Positions 1 to 9,474 of a DNA stretch of 64,000 nt are shown piece by piece (within the stretch, counting starts at the first letter, position 1; every line of letters begins with the position of its first letter). A program made the translations under genes and the position numbers. Below the pieces are notes generated by a model that saw only the letters and a program-made list of their open reading frames with translations, was not told where the DNA came from and did no database searches. The stretch comes from Oscillospiraceae bacterium (lineage in GTDB: Bacteria; Bacillota; Clostridia; Oscillospirales; Ruminococcaceae). The stretch lies in the NCBI GenBank assembly GCA_020054675.1, contig JAIHAL010000002.1, forward strand, positions 18,042 to 82,041, read 5' to 3'.

Positions 1-570
1 GCGGATTATGATAAAATTTTCAAAAACGATATAATAACCGATATAATAAAGGTGCTTGGCTGCGGGGTTGAGGTTTCATCAAAGGCAAATAAGGAGCTTT
101 CGTCTTTTAACCTTGAGGGTTTAAGATGGAGCAAGATAATAATATGCACCGATGCGGATGTTGACGGTTATCAGATACGCACTCTGATACTTACAATGCT
201 GTATAGATTGACTCCGACCTTGATTGAAAAGGGATATGTTTATATAGCGGAATCTCCGCTTTATGAAATAACTACGAAGGATAAGACTTATTTTGCTTAT
301 AACGAAAAAGAGCGCCAGCAGATTTTAAAGAAAATAGGGGATAAGAAGTATACAATCCAGCGCTCAAAAGGTCTTGGCGAAAACGATCCGGAGATGATGT
401 CGCTGACCACAATGAATCCCGAAACGCGCAGACTTATAAAGGTTACTCCCGATGACGCAAAGGCGACGGCGGAAATGTTTGAAATGCTCCTTGGCGACAA
501 TCTTCAGGCGAGGAAGGATTTTATTGCCGAAAACGGGAGCAGGTATCTTGATTTGGCGGATATAAGCTAA
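1..570 (+). CDS. Type IIA DNA topoisomerase subunit B (ParE/GyrB-like), C-terminal part; 5' end outside window
   Basis: Frame 1 is open from base 1 (ADYDKIF...) to the stop at 570. Toprim acidic motif ICTDADVDGYQIRTLILT. The A-subunit gene follows directly. Confidence 0.85.
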   Translation, partial: ADYDKIFKNDIITDIIKVLGCGVEVSSKANKELSSFNLEGLRWSKIIICTDADVDGYQIRTLILTMLYRLTPTLIEKGYVYIAESPLYEITTKDKTYFAYNEKERQQILKKIGDKKYTIQRSKGLGENDPEMMSLTTMNPETRRLIKVTPDDAKATAEMFEMLLGDNLQARKDFIAENGSRYLDLADIS

Positions 571-590
571 AAGGAGTGTTGACTTAAAAA

Positions 591-2822
591 ATGCCATCAA
601 AAAAACAGCAGGAACCTAAAAGAAAATCATCCATAAACGCTGAAATAGAGGACAGCGGAGTTGTTGTCGAACAAAAGATAACCTCCACACTTGAAGAAAA
701 TTATATGCCCTATGCCATGAGCGTTATAGTTTCAAGGGCCTTGCCGGAGATTGACGGCTTTAAGCCATCTCATAGAAAGCTTTTGTATACCATGTATAAA
801 ATGGGACTGCTTTCGGGGCAGAGGACAAAATCGGCAAATGTCGTAGGGCAGACAATGCGCTTAAATCCGCATGGCGACGGGCCGATTTATGAAACCCTTG
901 TGCGCCTTTCAAAGGGCAACGAATCGCTTTTGCATCCGTATGTCGATTCAAAGGGCAATTTCGGCAAGGCGTATTCGAGGGATATGGCATATGCCGCATC
1001 AAGGTATACGGAAGTAAAGCTTGCCCCGATATGCAATGAGCTTTTTCGGGATATAGATAAAGATACGGTTGATTTTGTTCCCAATTATGATAATACCATG
1101 ACTGAGCCGACGCTGTTTCCGACAACTTTCCCATCGGTTTTGGTAAATTCAAATGTGGGGATAGCCGTTTCAATGGCAAGCAATGTTTGCTCTTTTAATT
1201 TGAAGGAGGTTTGCGAAACCTGCATAGCCCTTATAAAAAATCCAAACCATGATGCAATATCAACGCTTAAAGGCCCTGATTTCCCCGGCGGGGGATATAT
1301 GCTTTATGACGAGGACGAGCTAAGGAGGATTTACAATACCGGAAGGGGTTCGATAAAGGTAAGGGCAAGGTATGGCTTTGATAAAAACGCAAATTGCATT
1401 GAAATAACTGAAATCCCCCCAACCACGACAGTTGAGGCGATTATGGATAAGATTGTCGAGCTTATAAAGGCAGGCAAGATAAGGGAGATTTCATATATAA
1501 GGGATGAAACCGACCTGCAAGGCTTGAAGCTTGCCATTGACATAAAGAGGGGAATTGACCCGGACAAGCTCATGCAAAAGCTTTACAGGCTTACTCCGCT
1601 GCAGGATGTTTATTCATGCAATTTCAACATTTTAATTGGCGGAACGCCGAGGGTAATGGGCGTTTACGAAATTTTAAACGAATGGACCGCATTCAGGCAG
1701 GAATGCATTAAAAGAAGAGTTTATTTTGATTTAAGCAAGAAAAAGGAGAAACTTCATCTTTTAAAGGGACTTAAAAAAATCCTGCTTGATATAGACAAGG
1801 CAATAAAGGTTGTCCGCGAAACCGAGGAGGAGAGCGAAGTCGTTTCAAACCTTATGGTTGAATTCGGCATTGATGAGGTTCAGGCGGAGTACGTTGCGGA
1901 AATAAAGCTCAGACATCTCAACAGGGAATATATTTTAAACCGCATAAACGAAATCGAGCAGCTTGAAAAAGATATTGCCGAAATGCAGGAGATACTTTCT
2001 GATGAAAAGAAAATAAAAAAGATTATAATTGATGAACTAAACGAGGTCATAAAAAAATACCAGCAGCCAAGGCGCACAAAATTCTTTTATGCCTCCGATA
2101 TTGAGGAAGAGGATACGGAGGATGATGTTCCTGATTATCCTGTCAACCTTTTCTTTACAAGGAGCGGGTATTTTAAGAAGATAACTCCGCAGTCGCTTAG
2201 GATGAGCGGGGAACAAAAGCTGAAAGAAGGCGATGCGATAGAACTTTCGATTGAAGCCTCAAATAAAAGCGAGCTTTTGTTCTTTACGGACAAGTGTCAG
2301 GTCTATAAGTCAAAGGCGTCGGCATTTGACGATACAAAGGCAAGCCTTATGGGAGATTACATCCCTGCAAAGCTTGGATTTGACGAGGGCGAAAATGCCA
2401 TTGCAATGGCGGTGACATCGGACTATGGTGAGCATGTGCTGTTTGTTTTTGAAAACGGCAAGGCCGCAAAGGTTCCGCTTTCGTCATATGAAACCAAGAC
2501 AAACAGGAAAAAGCTTTCAAATGCTTATTCTTCAAGCTCAAAGCTTGTAAAGCTTTTTGTGATTAAAGAAAATGCCGAGATTTTGTTGATTTCGTCAAAA
2601 GGAAAGGCTCTTGTTTTTAATACGGGAATGCTTCTGCCCAAAGCTGCGCGCGATACGATAGGCGTTTCGGTGATGTCGCTGAAGAAAGGCGACAAGGTGG
2701 AAAATGCCTTTGAAGTTTCAGGCGAAATGGAAGAACAGGTTGAAAAGTACAAGGTTAAAAATATCCCTGCGGCGGGAATTGCCGCAAAAGAACTTGAAGA
2801 CCCAAATCAGCTTAAATTTTAA
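591..2822 (+). CDS. Type IIA DNA topoisomerase subunit A, ParC-like (short C-terminal domain)
   Basis: AAAGGAG RBS upstream. Active-site tyrosine motif AASRYTEVKL. 743 aa with a compact C-terminal domain and no GyrA-box-like motif that I can see. Confidence 0.85.
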   Translation: MPSKKQQEPKRKSSINAEIEDSGVVVEQKITSTLEENYMPYAMSVIVSRALPEIDGFKPSHRKLLYTMYKMGLLSGQRTKSANVVGQTMRLNPHGDGPIYETLVRLSKGNESLLHPYVDSKGNFGKAYSRDMAYAASRYTEVKLAPICNELFRDIDKDTVDFVPNYDNTMTEPTLFPTTFPSVLVNSNVGIAVSMASNVCSFNLKEVCETCIALIKNPNHDAISTLKGPDFPGGGYMLYDEDELRRIYNTGRGSIKVRARYGFDKNANCIEITEIPPTTTVEAIMDKIVELIKAGKIREISYIRDETDLQGLKLAIDIKRGIDPDKLMQKLYRLTPLQDVYSCNFNILIGGTPRVMGVYEILNEWTAFRQECIKRRVYFDLSKKKEKLHLLKGLKKILLDIDKAIKVVRETEEESEVVSNLMVEFGIDEVQAEYVAEIKLRHLNREYILNRINEIEQLEKDIAEMQEILSDEKKIKKIIIDELNEVIKKYQQPRRTKFFYASDIEEEDTEDDVPDYPVNLFFTRSGYFKKITPQSLRMSGEQKLKEGDAIELSIEASNKSELLFFTDKCQVYKSKASAFDDTKASLMGDYIPAKLGFDEGENAIAMAVTSDYGEHVLFVFENGKAAKVPLSSYETKTNRKKLSNAYSSSSKLVKLFVIKENAEILLISSKGKALVFNTGMLLPKAARDTIGVSVMSLKKGDKVENAFEVSGEMEEQVEKYKVKNIPAAGIAAKELEDPNQLKF

Positions 2823-2841
2823 AGCGAAAGGAATGTTTTAA

Positions 2842-4134
2842 ATGGACAAGAACAGTATCGCAAAAACCCCTCCAATGGGATGGAACAGCTGGGACTGCTA
2901 TGGCGCATCCGTAAACGAGGAGCAGCTTTTGGGGAATGCCGATTTTATGGCAAAGCACTTAAAGGCTTTCGGATGGGAATATGTTGTGTGCGACATCCAG
3001 TGGTATGAGCCAAAGGCAACCTCAACGATGTACAATAATTTTTATCCTCTTTGCATGGACGAGTATTCAAGACTGATTCCTGCGGAGAACCGTTTCCCGT
3101 CTTCAAAGGGAGGAAATGGCTTTAAGCCGATTGCTGATTACATCCATAATTTAGGGCTTAAATTCGGCATACACATAATGCGCGGGATTCCGCGTCAGGC
3201 GGTTCATGCCGCAGCTCCTGTGAAGGGTACTTCAAAGACTGCAAGGGATATAGCCCATAGCTTTTCGCTTTGCCCGTGGAATACAGATATGTACGGAGTT
3301 AATCCCCGCGCAGAGGGAGCACAAGAATATTACAATTCGCTTTTTGAAATGTATGCCGAGTGGGGAGTTGATTTTGTAAAGGTAGATGATATCTGCAACA
3401 CCGAATACAAGCCTCATGACCCTTATTCGGCAAGGGAGGAAATAGAGCTTATAAGGAAAGCCATTGACAAATGCGGCAGACCGATGGTGCTCAGCCTTTC
3501 TCCGGGGCCGGCAGTGCTTTCCGAAGCGGAGCATTTGAGCCAAAATGCAAATATGTGGAGGATGACCGGAGATTTTTGGGATAACTGGGACCAGCTTTAC
3601 AATGCGTTTGAGAAGTGCCACCTTTGGAGCCCTTATGTCAAGGAGGGCTGCTGGCCGGATTGCGATATGCTCCCGATAGGCAGGATAGAAGTAAACAACA
3701 ACGGCGGGGAGGGCAGGAACACCAATTTTACAAAAGACGAGCAGATAACGCTTATGACGCTTTGGTGCATATTCCGTTCGCCGCTTATGATAGGCTGTGA
3801 AATGCGCGGCATGGATGAATGGACTTTAAGCCTTCTTACAAACAGTGAAGTCCTTGACCTTTTGAAGAATTCAAGCGGCGCAAGACAGGTTATGAGGACT
3901 TCCGACAGCGTTGTTTGGAGGAGCTTTGGCAATGACGGCAGCATATATGCCGCATTTTTCAATACTTCATTTGCCCAAACAACCCCATCGGTAAGCTTTA
4001 TGCAGCTTGGAATCCGCGGAAAGTATAAGGTGCGCGATTTGTGGGCGCATGAGGATATCGGCACTGCCGAGGGCAGATTGTCGGCATCTCTTAATCCTCA
4101 TGGAGCGGTTTTGTATAAGCTTTCGCCGGTATAA
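2842..4134 (+). CDS. Alpha-galactosidase, GH27-like
   Basis: N-terminal PPMGWNSWDCYG motif and DFVKVDDIC catalytic-region motif, both typical of clan-D alpha-galactosidases. 430 aa. Confidence 0.7.
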   Translation: MDKNSIAKTPPMGWNSWDCYGASVNEEQLLGNADFMAKHLKAFGWEYVVCDIQWYEPKATSTMYNNFYPLCMDEYSRLIPAENRFPSSKGGNGFKPIADYIHNLGLKFGIHIMRGIPRQAVHAAAPVKGTSKTARDIAHSFSLCPWNTDMYGVNPRAEGAQEYYNSLFEMYAEWGVDFVKVDDICNTEYKPHDPYSAREEIELIRKAIDKCGRPMVLSLSPGPAVLSEAEHLSQNANMWRMTGDFWDNWDQLYNAFEKCHLWSPYVKEGCWPDCDMLPIGRIEVNNNGGEGRNTNFTKDEQITLMTLWCIFRSPLMIGCEMRGMDEWTLSLLTNSEVLDLLKNSSGARQVMRTSDSVVWRSFGNDGSIYAAFFNTSFAQTTPSVSFMQLGIRGKYKVRDLWAHEDIGTAEGRLSASLNPHGAVLYKLSPV

Positions 4135-4142
4135 TTTTTTGC

Positions 4143-4171
4143 TTGACATTTTTTGTTGAAAAGTATATACT
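4143..4171 (+). promoter_or_regulatory. Sigma-A-type promoter candidate (TTGACA-17 nt-TATACT)
   Basis: TTGACA at 4143-4148, 17-nt spacer, TATACT at 4166-4171, just downstream of the alpha-galactosidase stop. Confidence 0.5.
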
Positions 4172-4204
4172 AATAATATAAATGTTTAAGAGGAATTTTG
4201 CGTT

Positions 4205-4330
4205 ATGAGAACATCTATGTTTGCTAACTTTATATTTTTTATCGGCTCAGGCTTCTTTTTTAGCTTTTGGGTTTATTTTTGCATGATAAAAAATAAAGTT
4301 ACCGCAAGCATAAAACAGATAAAAGCGTAA
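4205..4330 (+). CDS. 41-aa Phe-rich mini-ORF (candidate leader peptide or small membrane protein)
   Basis: ATG at 4205, preceded by AGAGGA about 10 nt upstream. Translation is MRTSMFANFIFFIGSGFFFSFWVYFCMIKNKVTASIKQIKA. It falls below the 60-aa cutoff of the ORF track. Confidence 0.35.
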   Translation: MRTSMFANFIFFIGSGFFFSFWVYFCMIKNKVTASIKQIKA

Positions 4331-4353
4331 AATCCGGTTAAAACGGAGGTTAT

Positions 4354-4397
4354 AAGTCTGTGGCTTTTGGTAACAATAGCCGCAGGCTTTTTTGTTT
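4354..4397 (+). terminator. Rho-independent terminator/attenuator candidate upstream of aroF
   Basis: AAGTCTGTGGCT (4354-4365) pairs with AGCCGCAGGCTT (4378-4389): 12 bp including two G-U pairs, with a 12-nt loop, followed by TTTTGTTT. Confidence 0.5.
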
Positions 4398-4442
4398 AAT
4401 CTTTTACAAAAGCCAAATATAAATTTTACGGAGGAAACAAAG

Positions 4443-5456
4443 ATGATAGTTATACTTAAACCAAATGCCCCCCAGGATGAATATGATAAGCTTGTAAAAT
4501 GGCTCAGTTCTTTTGACGTCAAGGTTAATGCCATTACCGGAACACAAAAGCAGATTTTAGGCCTTGTCGGCGATACTTCAAAAATCGATATAGAGGCAGT
4601 GCGCGCGCAGGAAATTGTAGAAAACGTTCAGCGTGTGCAGGAGCCTTATAAAAATGCAAACCGCAAATTCCACCCTGAAAATACAGTGATTGATGTTGAG
4701 GGGAGGAAAATCGGCGACGGCTCTTTGCAGGTCATAGCGGGGCCATGTTCGGTTGAGAGTGAAGAACAAATCATAACTACGGCAATTGCCGTAAAAGAAG
4801 CCGGTGCCACCATGCTTAGGGGCGGAGCCTTCAAGCCGCGCACGTCGCCTTATTCTTTCCAAGGGCTTCGTGCGGACGGAATTGAACTTCTGCTTCAAGC
4901 AAAAAAGGTTACCGGCTTGCCTATTGTTACGGAAATAATGAGCCTTGCGCATATAGACCTTTTTGCGGATGTGGACGTGATACAGGTCGGCGCAAGGAAT
5001 ATGCAGAATTTCGAGCTTTTAAAGGCGCTTGGCCATTCGGATAAGCCTGTGCTTTTAAAGAGAGGGCTTGCAAATACCATTGAGGAGCTTTTGATGTCGG
5101 CTGAATATATTATGGCCGGCGGGAATGACAAGGTAATGCTTTGCGAGAGGGGAATAAGGACTTTTGAAACCATGACAAGGAATACCCTTGACATATCGGC
5201 AGTGCCATTGCTTAAACAGCTTTCGCACCTGCCGGTTGTGGTTGACCCAAGCCATGCCACAGGCATGACGAAGCTTGTGGAGCCGCTTTCGCTTGCCTCC
5301 CTTGTGTGCGGCGCCGATGCGCTTATAATAGAAGTTCACAACGACCCCAAAAATGCGCTTTCTGACGGCGCGCAATCCCTTACTCCGGCGCAGTTTGCCC
5401 AAGTGATGAAAAATATTAAAAAACAGGCCGATTTCATGGGCAAAAACATAGGTTAA
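4443..5456 (+). CDS. aroF: 3-deoxy-7-phosphoheptulonate (DAHP) synthase, type I-beta with N-terminal regulatory domain
   Basis: GGAGGAAACAAAG-ATG RBS. IAGPCSVESEEQ and KPRTSPYSFQG motifs. About 70-aa N-terminal ferredoxin-like extension. The ORF-track start at 4392 lacks an RBS. Confidence 0.85.
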   Translation: MIVILKPNAPQDEYDKLVKWLSSFDVKVNAITGTQKQILGLVGDTSKIDIEAVRAQEIVENVQRVQEPYKNANRKFHPENTVIDVEGRKIGDGSLQVIAGPCSVESEEQIITTAIAVKEAGATMLRGGAFKPRTSPYSFQGLRADGIELLLQAKKVTGLPIVTEIMSLAHIDLFADVDVIQVGARNMQNFELLKALGHSDKPVLLKRGLANTIEELLMSAEYIMAGGNDKVMLCERGIRTFETMTRNTLDISAVPLLKQLSHLPVVVDPSHATGMTKLVEPLSLASLVCGADALIIEVHNDPKNALSDGAQSLTPAQFAQVMKNIKKQADFMGKNIG

Positions 5457-5480
5457 TCCTATCAGGGAGGATTTTTAGAA

Positions 5481-6533
5481 ATGCGTACTGTTACAGTCAA
5501 TGCAAGCAAAAAGTATGATGTTTTTATTGAAAAAGGGCTTGTTTCAAAATCCGGGGAGATTATAAAGAATCTTGCTTCTTCCCGCAAGGCGGCTGTTATA
5601 ACCGATAATACGGTTGCCGGCCTTTACCTTAAAACCGTTGTGGACTCAATGAAAGAAAACGGGTTTGAAGTTCATACGTTTTCTTTTCCGGCAGGAGAGG
5701 CTTCAAAATGCCACCGCACTCTTATTGCCGTTTATGATTTTCTTGCCGAGGCTCAAATAACACGTTCGGATGTTATCGTGGCGCTTGGCGGAGGAGTTGT
5801 GGGCGATTTGGTCGGCTATGCCGCCGCAACGTATTTGAGGGGTGTGGACTTTGTGCAGATTCCAACAACGCTTTTGGCGCAGGTGGATTCATCAGTCGGC
5901 GGCAAGACCGCCGTTGACATAAATGCCGGCAAAAATCTTGTCGGAGCCTTCAAACAGCCTTTGTGCGTCATATGCGATACAGATGCCCTGTCAACTCTTT
6001 CCGAAGACATTTTTGCGGATGGAATGGGCGAAGTGGTAAAATACGGGATGATTAAATCCGCCACACTTTTTGAAAAGCTTCTTTCGGGTGATGTTAAAGA
6101 TTCCCTTGAAGATGTGATTGCCGAGTGCGTTTCCATAAAGCGCGATGTGGTTGAGGCAGATGAGTTTGAAAAAGGCGATAGGATGCTGCTTAATTTTGGA
6201 CATACCCTTGGGCATGCCATTGAAAAATATTATAATTTTTCAGGCATTTCACATGGAAAGGCCGTTGCAATAGGAATGGCGGAATTCACAAGGCTTGCCG
6301 AGGAGAAAGGCCTTTGCAAAAAAGGAACGTTTGAAAAGCTAAAAAAATGCCTTGAAAAAAATTTGCTTCCGTTTTCATGCGACATAAGTCTTAAAGAGCT
6401 TGCGCCTCTTTGTTTAAGTGATAAAAAGCGCAAAAGCGACGGAATAAACATAGTGCTTTGCAGCGAAGTCGGCAAAAGCTTTATTAAAAAGCTTGGAATA
6501 GACGAATTTTATGATTTTTTAAATGTAAGATAA
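5481..6533 (+). CDS. aroB: 3-dehydroquinate synthase
   Basis: GGGAGG RBS. GGGVVGDLVGYAAATYLRG and QVDSSVGGKTAVD motifs. Confidence 0.9.
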   Translation: MRTVTVNASKKYDVFIEKGLVSKSGEIIKNLASSRKAAVITDNTVAGLYLKTVVDSMKENGFEVHTFSFPAGEASKCHRTLIAVYDFLAEAQITRSDVIVALGGGVVGDLVGYAAATYLRGVDFVQIPTTLLAQVDSSVGGKTAVDINAGKNLVGAFKQPLCVICDTDALSTLSEDIFADGMGEVVKYGMIKSATLFEKLLSGDVKDSLEDVIAECVSIKRDVVEADEFEKGDRMLLNFGHTLGHAIEKYYNFSGISHGKAVAIGMAEFTRLAEEKGLCKKGTFEKLKKCLEKNLLPFSCDISLKELAPLCLSDKKRKSDGINIVLCSEVGKSFIKKLGIDEFYDFLNVR

Positions 6534-6549
6534 CTGTGAGGTTTTTGGA

Positions 6550-7788
6550 ATGGATGTAAAAATATTGCCCGGAAAACTTAAAGGCAGCGTTGAAATACCA
6601 TCCTCAAAAAGCGTTTCGCACCGCGCGCTGATATGTGCCGCTCTTGCAAAAGGAGAGAGCGTTTTGTCCGGAATTTCGCTTTCAAAGGATATTGAGGCGA
6701 CAATCAACGGACTTATTGCCATGGGTGCTGAAATTGAAGTAAATAATGACGCAATAAAAGTAAAAGGAATTGAAAATCCTCCGGAAAGCTGCATCATAGA
6801 TTGCTTTGAGAGCGGTTCGACATTGCGCTTTTTAATCCCTGTTGCCGTCGCTTTGGGGATTTCGGCGGTTTTCAAGGGGGCCGGGAAACTCCCTCAGCGC
6901 CCGATTACTCCGTATTTAAGGGAATTTGATGGCAAAGGCGTTAAATTTGATTATGCCGGGACAATGCCTTTTGAAATAAAAGGAAAACTTTCCGGAGGGG
7001 AATATAGGCTTGAAGGGGATATTTCATCGCAGTTTGTCACAGGGCTTTTGTTTGCCCTGCCTCTTTGCAGTGAGGATAGCGTGATAACCATGCTTTCGCC
7101 TTTGCAGTCAAAGCCTTATGCGGATTTAACGATAGATTGCCTTAAAAAATCCGGTATAAAAATAGAAGAAAATGAAAAAGGATATTTTATAAAGGGCGGG
7201 CAAAGCTACTCCCCGTTTTCTGAAAAAATTGAGGGGGATTACTCGCAGGCGGCATTTTTTTATGTTGCAAATGCGCTCGGTTCGGAAATAGAGATTTTGA
7301 ATCTAAATCCTAAAAGTGTTCAAGGCGACAAGAAAATCATTGAAATTATAAACGATATAATGTATACTGATAAGAAGGGACAGGAACCTTTTTCGGTTGA
7401 TGTGGGAGATATTCCCGACCTTGTGCCAATCCTTGCGGTGCTGGGCTGTTTTGGCGGGAAAATTTTCCGCATAACCAATGCTTCAAGGCTTAGGATAAAG
7501 GAAAGCGACAGGCTTGAAACGACCGCAAGCCTTTTAAATTCGCTTGGCGGCAAGGTTGAGGTTTTTGACGACAGCCTTACAGTGTATCCGATAAATGAAT
7601 TTTCAGGCGGCGAAGTTGACAGCTTTAATGACCATAGGATTGCAATGGCGGCATCCATTGCCGCCACAAGGAGCAAAAGTCCGGTAATAATCAGGAATGC
7701 CAATGCGGTTGAAAAATCGTATCCGGATTTCTTTAATGATTTTAATAAACTTGGAGGTAATGCCAATGTCATCCGTTTGGAGCCATAA
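6550..7788 (+). CDS. aroA: 3-phosphoshikimate 1-carboxyvinyltransferase (EPSP synthase)
   Basis: N-terminal PSSKSVSHRALICAAL motif and C-terminal NDHRIAMA motif. 412 aa. Confidence 0.9.
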   Translation: MDVKILPGKLKGSVEIPSSKSVSHRALICAALAKGESVLSGISLSKDIEATINGLIAMGAEIEVNNDAIKVKGIENPPESCIIDCFESGSTLRFLIPVAVALGISAVFKGAGKLPQRPITPYLREFDGKGVKFDYAGTMPFEIKGKLSGGEYRLEGDISSQFVTGLLFALPLCSEDSVITMLSPLQSKPYADLTIDCLKKSGIKIEENEKGYFIKGGQSYSPFSEKIEGDYSQAAFFYVANALGSEIEILNLNPKSVQGDKKIIEIINDIMYTDKKGQEPFSVDVGDIPDLVPILAVLGCFGGKIFRITNASRLRIKESDRLETTASLLNSLGGKVEVFDDSLTVYPINEFSGGEVDSFNDHRIAMAASIAATRSKSPVIIRNANAVEKSYPDFFNDFNKLGGNANVIRLEP

Positions 7789-8857
7789 CATAAGCATTTC
7801 GATTTTTGGGGAATCCCATGGTCCTGCAATAGGCGTTGTAATAGATAATCTTCCTCCCGGAGAACATATTGATGTCGAAGCGCTTGTAAATTTTATGGCA
7901 AGGCGCGCGCCTAAAAAGGATGTAACTTCAACGCAAAGGCGCGAAAGCGATATGCCCCAAATAATGTCAGGAATGCTTGGCAATAAGACTACCGGTACGC
8001 CTCTTTGCGCTTTTATACAAAATACGGATGCACATTCAAATGATTATAAAAATGTTTCAAAGCTTGCAAGGCCCGGCCATGCCGATTATACCGGAGCTTT
8101 GCGCTATAAAGGCTTTAATGATGTGAGGGGCGGCGGGCATTTTTCGGGCAGGCTTACCGCGCCGCTTGTTTTTGCCGGAGCAATATGCGGACAGATTTTG
8201 GAAAGAAGAGGTATTTATACGGGCGCGCATATACTTTCAATACACAATATAAGGGATTCTTCATTTGATGAAATAAATACTGCAAGGGAAGATATACTTG
8301 CAGTAAGGGGGAAAAGCTTTCCCGTAATCAATGATGCCAAGGGAAAGGAAATGATTGAGGATATCGATAAGGCAAGGCTTGCCTGCGATTCCCTCGGCGG
8401 AGTTGTGGAATGCATTTCCATAAACGTGCCGGCGGGGATAGGCTCCCCCATGTTTGACGGGCTTGAAAACAGCATAGCACAACTTGTTTTTGGAATTCCG
8501 GCGGTAAAGGGCCTTGAATTCGGAGCAGGCTTTATGGCGGCCAAAATGCTTGGAAGCCAGAATAACGATGAGTTTTATGTTGACGAAAGAGGTCATGTTG
8601 CGACAAAGACAAACAATCACGGCGGCATTTTAGGCGGAATTTCATCCGGAATGCCCATTGTTTTAAGGGTTGCCTTTAAGCCGACGCCTTCGATTGCAAA
8701 GCCGCAGCATACCATTGATTATTCATCGCTTAAAAACGATGTGATAACCATACAGGGCAGGCATGACCCTTGCGTGGTGCCAAGGGCGGTTCCGGTGGTT
8801 GAAGCGGCGGTAAACATTGCCCTTTTGTCGCATATGCTTTCTTATCCTAATTTTTAG
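7766..8857 (+). CDS. aroC: Chorismate synthase
   Basis: GGAGG at 7753-7757 with ATG at 7766. SIFGESHGPAIGVVID signature. Overlaps the aroA 3' end. The ORF-track start at 7697 is probably an over-extension. Confidence 0.9.
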   Translation: MSSVWSHNISISIFGESHGPAIGVVIDNLPPGEHIDVEALVNFMARRAPKKDVTSTQRRESDMPQIMSGMLGNKTTGTPLCAFIQNTDAHSNDYKNVSKLARPGHADYTGALRYKGFNDVRGGGHFSGRLTAPLVFAGAICGQILERRGIYTGAHILSIHNIRDSSFDEINTAREDILAVRGKSFPVINDAKGKEMIEDIDKARLACDSLGGVVECISINVPAGIGSPMFDGLENSIAQLVFGIPAVKGLEFGAGFMAAKMLGSQNNDEFYVDERGHVATKTNNHGGILGGISSGMPIVLRVAFKPTPSIAKPQHTIDYSSLKNDVITIQGRHDPCVVPRAVPVVEAAVNIALLSHMLSYPNF

Positions 8858-8867
8858 GAGGGATTAT

Positions 8868-9449
8868 ATGGATTCAATTTCCAAAGTCAGCGCTGATTAT
8901 TCGCTTGAACTTAAAGATTTGCATACGGTTAAGATTCTTCTCTGCTATTTGCTTAAAAAGCTTGATAGGCCGGTAACTCCGGAACAGCTTTATGAAATTG
9001 CCGTTGGCAATGAAATAATAAATTATTTCTTTTATACCGAAGCTGTTGATGAACTTGTAAAAAATAAGACTTTTTTAAAAGAAATCCACAATGGAGAAGA
9101 AGTTTTTGTGCTTGCCGAAAAAGGAAAATACAGCATTGACGAGTTCAGGCAGTATGTTCCGAAATCGTTCAGGGATAAGCTTTTAACTTGTGCATTGAGG
9201 TATTTTGCAAAATTAAAGCGTGAGAATGAAGTGAAATGTGAATTCATTGAGCTTGAGAAAGGATATTACGTAAGGTGCAGGATTCTTGATATCGGCGATG
9301 ATTTGCTTGATATGAAGATTTTTGCGCCTGATTTGGAACAGGCAAAGCTTATACGTGATAAAATCATGCTTAATCCCACGGATTTTTATTCAAAAATAAT
9401 GGGTTTTGCTCTTTTTAACACAGAAGAAGAAATTATGGTTGACGATTAA
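8868..9449 (+). CDS. DUF4364-like protein
   Basis: AGGAGGG RBS with ATG at 8868. The KILLCYLLKKLDRPVTPEQLYEI...INYFFYTEAVDEL pattern matches my recollection of DUF4364. Confidence 0.6.
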   Translation: MDSISKVSADYSLELKDLHTVKILLCYLLKKLDRPVTPEQLYEIAVGNEIINYFFYTEAVDELVKNKTFLKEIHNGEEVFVLAEKGKYSIDEFRQYVPKSFRDKLLTCALRYFAKLKRENEVKCEFIELEKGYYVRCRILDIGDDLLDMKIFAPDLEQAKLIRDKIMLNPTDFYSKIMGFALFNTEEEIMVDD

Positions 9450-9474
9450 AATTTCATAAAAGGGGGGATAAACA

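Noticed and set aside
1-2822. Calling the topoisomerase pair gyrB/gyrA
   Set aside because: The A subunit is short (743 aa) and I see no GyrA-box in its C-terminal domain. The neighbourhood lacks the usual dnaA/dnaN/recF context. It is left as ParE/ParC-like without a firm gene symbol.
4135-4442. T-box or other known riboswitch upstream of the aro operon
   Set aside because: No T-box core (AANNNGGGTGGNACCGCG-like) or specifier-loop architecture is visible, and the region is short and AT-rich. This still needs a covariance-model scan to exclude formally.
4247-4534. 95-aa minus-strand ORF across the aroF upstream region
   Set aside because: It has no RBS, it overlaps the aroF start and the plus-strand promoter/mini-ORF/terminator arrangement, and its hydrophobic junk translation reflects an AT-rich intergenic region.
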